Assembly (NCBI GenBank): GCA_036351155.1
Contig: JAZBOO010000150.1
Span: 1 to 10,801, forward strand
Direction: 5' to 3'
DNA: 10,801 nt
Source of the DNA: Candidatus Krumholzibacteriia bacterium
GTDB taxonomy: Bacteria > Krumholzibacteriota > Krumholzibacteriia > LZORAL124-64-63
The notes below the pieces were generated by a model. It did not search any database. It was given only the letters and a program-made list of their open reading frames with translations, and was not told the origin of the DNA. Below are positions 1 through 6,505 of the stretch, in pieces (within the stretch, counting starts at the first letter, position 1; each line of letters opens with the position of its first letter). A program made the position numbers and the translations under genes.

Positions 1-2
1 AG

Positions 3-1133
3 CTGCGGCGCCGGCGCCGCAGCGAAGATTTGCCCCAGCCGGTGATCGGCATCTGCGGCTGCATGGCCGAGCGGATGGGCGGCGATCTGCGCAAGGGGAA
101 CAACCCTCTGGATCTGGTCGTGGGGGTGGACAACTACGACCAGCTGCCGGAAATGCTGAGCAGCTTGATGGAGGGCAAGACCCGGGTCCATCGCATCGCC
201 ACCGGACACCGGAGCGACGCCCACTACGTGGCCCCGCCGGAACTTTACCCCACCAACAACAGCCATCTGGTCACCATCCACAAGGGCTGTGACTACAAGT
301 GCACCTATTGCATCGTGCCCTACACCCGGGGGCCCCAGAGCGAGAAGGATCCCGAGTCCATCCTGGCCGAGATCACAAGGATCGTGGACGCCGGCGGCCG
401 GGAAGTCACCCTGCTGGGCCAGAACGTGACGGCGTATGACTGGCAAAAGAACCTTGATTTTGCCGCCCTGCTGGAACTGGTGGCCCAGATCGACGGGCTG
501 GAGCGGATCCGCTTCTTGACCGGGCATCCGCGTGATATGCACCGGCACACCATGGAAACCATTGGGCGGCTGGACAAGGTCTGTCCCTGGTTGCACATTC
601 CCATGCAGAGTGGCAGCGATCGGGTCCTGCGCCGCATGAAACGCCTGTATACCAGTGGCGAATACTACGAGATGGTGGACTACGCCCGGCAGGTCATTCC
701 CGATGCCACCTTCAGTTCCGACTTCATCGTCGGGTTTCCCGGAGAAACTGACGAGGATTTTCAGGCTACCCTTGAGGCCGTGCGCCGGGTAAAGTACGAT
801 CAGATCTTCTCGTTCAAGTATTCCGAACGTCCGGGCGTGCCCGCAGCCAAGCTGGCCGACGACGTGGGGACCGATGAGAAGAAGGAGCGTCTGGCGCGAC
901 TGATCGCTCTCCAGGAGGAAATCTGGAACGCCGAGGCCGCCGGACAGGTAGGACAGGTGTGGACCGGGACCGTGGAATCCGCCGCGCGCCGGCCGGCCGG
1001 TGCCTGGCAGATGCGCACGCCCAACAACCGCAAGGTCGTGATCGAAGGGGGCGAGGACCGCATCGGTCAACAGGTCACCGCCCGGATCACCGGGTTCAAG
1101 AACACGACCTACCTGGGAAGCGAAGAACTGTAA
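3..1133 (+). CDS. miaB: tRNA-2-methylthio-N6-dimethylallyladenosine synthase MiaB (radical SAM methylthiotransferase), 5'-partial
   Basis: The frame is open from the window edge (LRRRRRSEDLPQPVIGICGCMAE), so the TTG at 30 is not the true start. It contains the end of the UPF0004 domain (GCMAE), the radical SAM motif GCDYKCTYCIVPYTRG, LLGQNV, HIPMQSGSDRVLRRMKR, SDFIVGFPGETDEDF, FKYSERPG and a C-terminal TRAM-like domain. Confidence 0.93.
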   Translation: MRRRRRSEDLPQPVIGICGCMAERMGGDLRKGNNPLDLVVGVDNYDQLPEMLSSLMEGKTRVHRIATGHRSDAHYVAPPELYPTNNSHLVTIHKGCDYKCTYCIVPYTRGPQSEKDPESILAEITRIVDAGGREVTLLGQNVTAYDWQKNLDFAALLELVAQIDGLERIRFLTGHPRDMHRHTMETIGRLDKVCPWLHIPMQSGSDRVLRRMKRLYTSGEYYEMVDYARQVIPDATFSSDFIVGFPGETDEDFQATLEAVRRVKYDQIFSFKYSERPGVPAAKLADDVGTDEKKERLARLIALQEEIWNAEAAGQVGQVWTGTVESAARRPAGAWQMRTPNNRKVVIEGGEDRIGQQVTARITGFKNTTYLGSEEL

Positions 1134-1175
1134 CTTTCACACCGATCCGGAACACCGGAAGAACGGGGTATTGCC

Positions 1176-1517
1176 GTGTGGGTAGTCCGTGGCATCATTT
1201 TTCTCGTGCTGCTCTTCACCTTGGTCTACTTCTTCGTGACCAACAGCGAACAGTCGGTGGACATCAACTTCTTCGGCCGGTCGTTCCTGGGCATTTCCAT
1301 CTACTGGGTGGTGGTGGTCAGTTTCGGGCTGGGATTCGCCACCAGCTTCATCCTGGCCGCTTTCCGCGAGTTCCGTTTCCACCGGGAAATCGGCAAGCTG
1401 AAGCGGGCCGTGGCCACCAAGGATCGTGAAATCGGCGATCTGCGCACTTTGCCCCTCCGGGAAACCAAACCCGTGGTCAAGGAAACTCCTGCCGTGAAGG
1501 AAGAAGCCGGTGAGTGA
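1176..1517 (+). CDS. lapA: LapA-family (DUF1049) small inner-membrane protein
   Basis: 113 aa with GTG start. Two hydrophobic helices flank the typical N-x-Q-x-V-x-I-N-F-F segment (TNSEQSVDINFFG), followed by a basic coiled-coil-like tail. It overlaps the downstream lapB-like gene by 8 nt. Confidence 0.8.
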   Translation: MWVVRGIIFLVLLFTLVYFFVTNSEQSVDINFFGRSFLGISIYWVVVVSFGLGFATSFILAAFREFRFHREIGKLKRAVATKDREIGDLRTLPLRETKPVVKETPAVKEEAGE

Positions 1518-2685
1518 ATATCTACCCTGGCTGGTGGGACTGATCGCCGTCGCCGTCGCCGCCGGTACGGTCTGGTACCTCTTTCGCCGACCGGGTGACA
1601 CCTCCCAGCAGGAAGAGCTTTACCAGCGCGCTCTTGAAAGCTGGGTCGAAGGGGAACTGGAGGAGGCCACCGCCTTGCTCAAGCAGGTGGTCCAGAGCAA
1701 CCCCAACAGTCTTGAACCCTTCCTCCAGCTGGGCAACCTCCTGCGCATCCAGGGTGATCCGGCTCGTGCCGCGGTTCTGCATCGCGGGCTGACCGTTCGT
1801 CCCGGTCTGTCCAGCCCCCTGAAGGTCAGCATTGGCCTGGCCCTGGCCGAGGACCTCCTGGCCCTGAAGGAATGGGAGGATGCCCGTGCCGTCCTCGACA
1901 GCCTGGCCCGTCATGCCCATCGCCGCCCTCGGTACTGGCGCGCGCGCTTCCGCCAGTTCCACGGGCAGGACAATCGACCCGAAGCGGCCCGCTCCCTGAA
2001 GGCGGCCCGCAAGCAGGTCCAGGAAAAGGACCGGCCCTGGTTCGATGAGGCCTATGCCAGCTACCAGCTGGACCGGGCCCTGGAGCACGTGCGCCTGGGT
2101 GAACTGGCCGAGGCCCGTCCCCGGTTGCGCGATGTCGAGAAAATGGACCTGGCACGGGTCAGACTGTCGCTGGTCAAGGCCATGCTGGCGGCTGCGGACC
2201 AGGACCCTGCTGCGGCTTTGACCCTGACCGCCGATGACCTCCTTGATTCCCCCGAAGAGCTGGCGGTCTTGCTGCCCGTTCTGCAGGATGTCCTGCTGCG
2301 CTCCGGGCAGTACGCGCGCACCATCCCGATTCTGGAACGTGCCTGCCAGTCCGAGAACGCTCCGCCCAGCTTGTGGATCCAGCTGGCCCTGCTGTACGAG
2401 AAGCTGGGGCAAAGAGAAAAGGCCCTGCGCTTCCTGGAGTCGAAATCCGGCCGTGGGAACTTCACTCCCAATGCTGCCGCTCCGTTGCTGCGCCTTCTGG
2501 TGGCCGATGCCCCGCCTTCCGATTTGACCGATGTTTGGCACATGCTCAACATGCCCGCACCTGCAAGAGGATGGGCCTGCAGCAGCTGCGGCCGCCTGGA
2601 AAACGGGATCCGCTGGTTCTGTCCGGGGTGCTGGAATTTCAACACGTTCCACCCCAGTCAATCGGTGCCCGAGGTGGGAGCATGA
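1510..2685 (+). CDS. lapB: LapB/YciM-like lipopolysaccharide assembly/regulatory protein (N-terminal TM, TPR repeats, C-terminal rubredoxin-type metal-binding domain)
   Basis: 391 aa. N-terminal TM anchor (WLVGLIAVAVAAGTVWYLF), LapB-like TPR segment (LQLGNLLRIQGDPARAAVLHRGL), and C-terminal WACSSCG...WFCPGCWNFNTF with CxxC at 2578-2589 and 2620-2631. It lies directly after the lapA-like gene. Confidence 0.82.
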   Translation: MSEYLPWLVGLIAVAVAAGTVWYLFRRPGDTSQQEELYQRALESWVEGELEEATALLKQVVQSNPNSLEPFLQLGNLLRIQGDPARAAVLHRGLTVRPGLSSPLKVSIGLALAEDLLALKEWEDARAVLDSLARHAHRRPRYWRARFRQFHGQDNRPEAARSLKAARKQVQEKDRPWFDEAYASYQLDRALEHVRLGELAEARPRLRDVEKMDLARVRLSLVKAMLAAADQDPAAALTLTADDLLDSPEELAVLLPVLQDVLLRSGQYARTIPILERACQSENAPPSLWIQLALLYEKLGQREKALRFLESKSGRGNFTPNAAAPLLRLLVADAPPSDLTDVWHMLNMPAPARGWACSSCGRLENGIRWFCPGCWNFNTFHPSQSVPEVGA

Positions 2686-3749
2686 CCCGAATTCCCGGCA
2701 CACGCCTTACCGTTTCTGTTCTGACCGTACTGTTCACGGTGGTGGTCTTGCCTTCGCTGGCCAGTCTGGGCACCGTCAGCGACCTGTTCCTTTCCGGACG
2801 CTATGAGGAGGCCCGCCAGGAGTTGAGTCAAGGCGGGGAGGGTGCCCGTATCGGCGAAGAAGTTCTGTGGCGCGCCCAGCTGGCCATGACCCCTGACGAG
2901 GCCCTGGCCTTGCTCGAAGCCAGTCGGCAGGATGACCGGTTGCCGGCCTTTGTCCGTCAGCGCCTTCACCTTGAAATGGGTCGGATTCAATTCGCCCGGG
3001 GGGAATACCGCACCTGCTTGACCTTGCTGGGCCCTCTCCTGGATGGCGAAAGCACCTCCCTGCCAGGGGAACTCTTTCTCCTGACCGGTCTCAGTTACCG
3101 GATGCTGGGGGATCTTCAATCAGCCCGTGAAATGCTCGCCTCGGTGCGACCCGGTGACCCCGGTTTTCTCGCGGCCCGCTTTCACCTGGGCAACATCAGC
3201 CTGCAGATGAACGACCCGGTCCTGGCCCGCCGCTATTTTGCCTCGGGGGACCCCCTGGGTGAGGCAACACCCCAGCCGGCCCTTTTGGCGGGAATGTACC
3301 TCAGCCATCGCGCTGCCGAGGAAGAGGACCAGGCCGCCGCCGCTTTTTCGCGCCTGCAAGCCGGACACCCCAGCAGCCTCCCTCTGCTGGAGCTGAACCG
3401 CATTCTGCGTGAGGCCGATGAAGAACTCCTGTCGCACGCGGAAAGCGGCCCCGAACCTGAGGTTATCGTGACCACACCGGAAGATTATTCCGGGCGCTTT
3501 TCCCTGCAGTTGGGCTCCTTCAACGACCGTTCCCTGGCTCTCCGTTTCGTGAAGCGTTTCCAGAGTCAGTTGCCCGACCTCCGCATCGATCAGACCCTGG
3601 ATGAGCACGGCCAGTTTCTCTACAATATCCGCACCGGGTCCTTTGTGAACCCTGCTCTGGCCCGCACCGAGGCCGCCCGGCTGCGTCGTGACCTCAGTAT
3701 CGATGTTCAGGTGACCGACCTCAGCGATGGCGCACCCCTTTCGGAATGA
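2682..3749 (+). CDS. Exported TPR-like repeat protein with C-terminal SPOR peptidoglycan-binding domain
   Basis: The likely start is ATG 2682 (ATGA overlap with the lapB stop, GAGGTGGGAG immediately upstream), giving 355 aa rather than the 458-aa ORF call. It has an N-terminal signal/TM segment (LTVSVLTVLFTVVVLPSLA), TPR-like helices (LEMGRIQFARGEY; FLLTGLSYRMLGD; RFHLGNISLQMND) and a SPOR-like C-terminus (FSLQLGSFND...LYNIRTGSFVN...ARTEAARLRR, ~3492-3720). Confidence 0.75.
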   Translation: MTRIPGTRLTVSVLTVLFTVVVLPSLASLGTVSDLFLSGRYEEARQELSQGGEGARIGEEVLWRAQLAMTPDEALALLEASRQDDRLPAFVRQRLHLEMGRIQFARGEYRTCLTLLGPLLDGESTSLPGELFLLTGLSYRMLGDLQSAREMLASVRPGDPGFLAARFHLGNISLQMNDPVLARRYFASGDPLGEATPQPALLAGMYLSHRAAEEEDQAAAAFSRLQAGHPSSLPLLELNRILREADEELLSHAESGPEPEVIVTTPEDYSGRFSLQLGSFNDRSLALRFVKRFQSQLPDLRIDQTLDEHGQFLYNIRTGSFVNPALARTEAARLRRDLSIDVQVTDLSDGAPLSE

Positions 3750-3756
3750 TCTGCTC

Positions 3757-6426
3757 ATGACCCCAGCCTCCACATCAGGAAAAGGTAGCCAGCCTGGAGG
3801 GCCCAAGGTCACACCCATGCTGGCGCAGTACCTTGACATCAAGGCGCAGCATGCTGATGCCCTGTTGCTATTCCGGATGGGCGATTTCTACGAAACCTTC
3901 TTCGAGGATGCTCAGACCCTGGCCTCGGTGGCCGGGGTCACCCTGACCAGTCGGGATGCCAAGAGTGATCACCCGGTGCCTCTGGCCGGCGTTCCCTACC
4001 ATGCCCTGGACACCTATCTCACTCGCTGCCTGGAAGCCGGCCTCACCGTGGCCATCTGCGAGCAGGTGGAAGATCCGGCTCTGGCCAAGGGGCTGGTGAA
4101 ACGGGAAGTGGTGGAGATCATCAGTCCCGGCACCGCCACCTCCGAAGAACTGGTCAACACCAAGGCGGGACATTTCTGTCTGGCCTGGGTGCCTTCGGAC
4201 AGGGGGGAGCAGGGCTGGGCCCTGCTCGACGCCAGCACCGGCGAGTTTCGCTGTGGCCAGGAGACGGCCAGTCTGGCCAGCCTGTGTCAGCGGCACCCTG
4301 TGCGGGAAGTGGTCGTCCGTGAAAGCACCGAAGCCGCCACCCTCCAGGCCTGGCGCAGTGCCCTGCCCGAGGTGGTCATCAACACGGCCAATGACGCCTG
4401 GTTTCATCCCTCCTTCGCGCGGCGCACGCTGCTGGATCATTTCGAGGTGGCCAACCTGACCGCCTTCGGGCTTGAGGATACCGACCGTGGGCCGGCCACC
4501 ACGGCCGCCGGCAGCGTCCTGCGTTACCTCCAGTCCATGACCCTGAAGCGGCCGGCCCAGGTGACCACCCTGCGCTTCCTGGCGCGGGGCGACCGCCTGG
4601 TGCTGGACGAGGAAACTCTGCGCAACCTGGAAGTCTTCCGCACCTTCCGGGGCGAGAAAGGCCAGGGCACTCTGGTCCACCACGTGGACCGGACCCTGAC
4701 AGCCATGGGGCGGCGCGCTCTGGAGAATCGTCTGGCCGAGGCCCTGACCGACCAGGATGAGCTCCGGGGATGGCATCGAGGTGTGGGCTCGGCGGTGGAT
4801 GACCTGACTTGGCGGCGTGATGTGCGCGACATCCTGGCCGGCATCGGCGATCTGGAGAGATGGGCGGCGCGCGCCGCCACCGGACGCATCGGCCCGGCGG
4901 CACTGCGCCAGCTGGGACAGTCCCTGGCAGCCCTGGAGCAGCTGCGGCAGACCGTTCAGGGCGCGGAGCACGGACAACATCCGGCGGCTGTCTGGGCCGG
5001 GTCCATGGCCCACCTGGATGATCTGGCCCAGATCCTTCTGACCACCCTGGCCGAGGATGCCCCGGCCCAGATTCGCAAGCCCGGCTACATCGCCACCGGA
5101 CATCACGCCGAGCTGGACGCCTGCCGGACCATCGCCGCCGACAGCAAGGGTTTCCTGGCGGGTTTGCAGAACCAGGAAAGGCAAAAAACCGGCATTTCCA
5201 CCCTGAAAGTTGGATTCAACCGGGTTTTCGGCTACTACTTCGACGTGACCAAGAAGCACCTGGACAAGGTGCCCGACTATTTCGAGCAGAAGCAGACCCT
5301 GGTCAACAGCTGCCGGTTTCACACGCCGGAACTGAAGGAAGCCGAAACCACCATCCTGGAAGCCGAGGAAAAAGCCGAGACCCTGGAAAGTGCCATCTTC
5401 CAGGGCCTGCTGGATCAGGTTGGGGCGCGGTTGCGCGACATTCACACGGCTGCGCAGCTGACGGCACAGATCGATCTCATGTTCGGGTTTGCCGAGCTTG
5501 CCGCCCAGCAGGGCTATTGCTGTCCTCAGTGTGACGACAGCCTCGAGATGTCCATCGTGGCGGGACGACACCCTGTGGTGGAACAGCTTCTGGACCACAA
5601 CTTCATTCCCAACGACACCACCCTGGACGGCGACCGGAACCAGGTTCTGCTGTTGACCGGCCCCAACATGGGCGGCAAGAGCACCTATCTTCGCCAGGTG
5701 GCGTTGATCACCCTGCTGGCCCAGGCCGGGAGCTTTGTCCCCGCCGACAGCGCGCGGATCGGTCTGACCGACCGGATCTTCACCCGGGTGGGCGCCAGTG
5801 ACAACCTGGCCCGGGGTGAGTCCACGTTCTACATGGAGATGAGCGAAACCGCCCATATTCTGCATCAGATGAGTGGGCGCAGCCTGGTGATCCTGGATGA
5901 GATCGGCCGCGGCACCAGCACCTACGATGGGCTCAGCCTGGCCTGGGCCATCACCGAGTTTCTCTGTGCCGGGGATGGACCTCGTCCGCGCAGCATCTTC
6001 GCCACTCACTACCACGAGCTGACCGAGCTGGAGGCCGATCTGCCCGGCCTGGTGAACCTGCGCCTGGAAGTCAAGGAGTGGGAGGGCAAGATCATTTTCC
6101 TGCACACCGTGGGACCGGGGCGGAGCGACAAGAGTTATGGTATCCATGTGGCAGAGCTGGCAGGCTTGCCGTCACCCGTCCTGCACCGGGCCCAGGATAT
6201 CCTGGCCAGCTTGAGCGACGCTGATCGCCGTGACCTGCCGGCCCGACGTCCCGGAGGCGCCTCGCTGGCAGCCGACGGTCCGGGAGGCAATGCGGCCCAG
6301 CTGAGCCTGTTCCGGGAATCGGAACGTGACACCCTGGAAGCTCTACGGAACCTGGATCTCGACAACATCAGCCCCATGGATGCCTTCATGTGGCTGGCCA
6401 AGATCAAGCGGGACCTGTCAGACTGA
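3757..6426 (+). CDS. mutS: DNA mismatch repair protein MutS (MutS1)
   Basis: TPMLAQY...FRMGDFYE (mismatch-binding Phe-X-Glu), Walker A TGPNMGGKST, Walker B ILDEIGRGTST, FATHYHEL, SYGIHVAELAGLP and a C-terminal QLSLF clamp motif. The start is ATG 3757 or the upstream in-frame ATG 3727. Confidence 0.97.
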   Translation: MTPASTSGKGSQPGGPKVTPMLAQYLDIKAQHADALLLFRMGDFYETFFEDAQTLASVAGVTLTSRDAKSDHPVPLAGVPYHALDTYLTRCLEAGLTVAICEQVEDPALAKGLVKREVVEIISPGTATSEELVNTKAGHFCLAWVPSDRGEQGWALLDASTGEFRCGQETASLASLCQRHPVREVVVRESTEAATLQAWRSALPEVVINTANDAWFHPSFARRTLLDHFEVANLTAFGLEDTDRGPATTAAGSVLRYLQSMTLKRPAQVTTLRFLARGDRLVLDEETLRNLEVFRTFRGEKGQGTLVHHVDRTLTAMGRRALENRLAEALTDQDELRGWHRGVGSAVDDLTWRRDVRDILAGIGDLERWAARAATGRIGPAALRQLGQSLAALEQLRQTVQGAEHGQHPAAVWAGSMAHLDDLAQILLTTLAEDAPAQIRKPGYIATGHHAELDACRTIAADSKGFLAGLQNQERQKTGISTLKVGFNRVFGYYFDVTKKHLDKVPDYFEQKQTLVNSCRFHTPELKEAETTILEAEEKAETLESAIFQGLLDQVGARLRDIHTAAQLTAQIDLMFGFAELAAQQGYCCPQCDDSLEMSIVAGRHPVVEQLLDHNFIPNDTTLDGDRNQVLLLTGPNMGGKSTYLRQVALITLLAQAGSFVPADSARIGLTDRIFTRVGASDNLARGESTFYMEMSETAHILHQMSGRSLVILDEIGRGTSTYDGLSLAWAITEFLCAGDGPRPRSIFATHYHELTELEADLPGLVNLRLEVKEWEGKIIFLHTVGPGRSDKSYGIHVAELAGLPSPVLHRAQDILASLSDADRRDLPARRPGGASLAADGPGGNAAQLSLFRESERDTLEALRNLDLDNISPMDAFMWLAKIKRDLSD

Positions 6427-6432
6427 TTCCCC

Positions 6433-6459
6433 TCAAGCCTCCCCCAGATGGGCCGAAAA
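6433..6459 (+). promoter_or_regulatory. Putative sigma-28 (FliA/WhiG-type) promoter for the GAF/degenerate-GGDEF gene
   Basis: TCAA (6433-6436)-N15-GCCGAAAA (6452-6459) against the consensus TAAA-N15-GCCGATAA. It sits in the 79-bp gap, 46 bp upstream of ATG 6506. Confidence 0.55.
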
Positions 6460-6505
6460 ACCGGACATGGGTGAATTTTGTCGTTTATCGGGGTCAGGGA
6501 GAGAC

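Noticed and set aside
1146..1159. TCCGG-AACA-CCGGA hairpin between miaB and lapA as a terminator
   Set aside because: The stem is only 5 bp and no U-tract follows.
2373..2681. N-terminal extension of the 458-aa ORF call for the TPR-SPOR gene
   Set aside because: It overlaps lapB by over 300 nt. ATG 2682 has an ATGA coupling and is followed directly by a signal-like segment.
3868..6147. 759-aa minus-strand ORF, plus other long antisense ORFs (1522-2703, 6494-7324, 7565-8599, 8832-9590, 9642-10703)
   Set aside because: They lie almost entirely antisense to well-supported genes, have no recognisable motifs, and are typical shadow ORFs of GC-rich codon usage.
6326..6505. N-terminal extension of the 808-aa ORF call
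   Set aside because: It overlaps the mutS 3' end and spans the putative promoter. ATG 6506 has an SD-like sequence.
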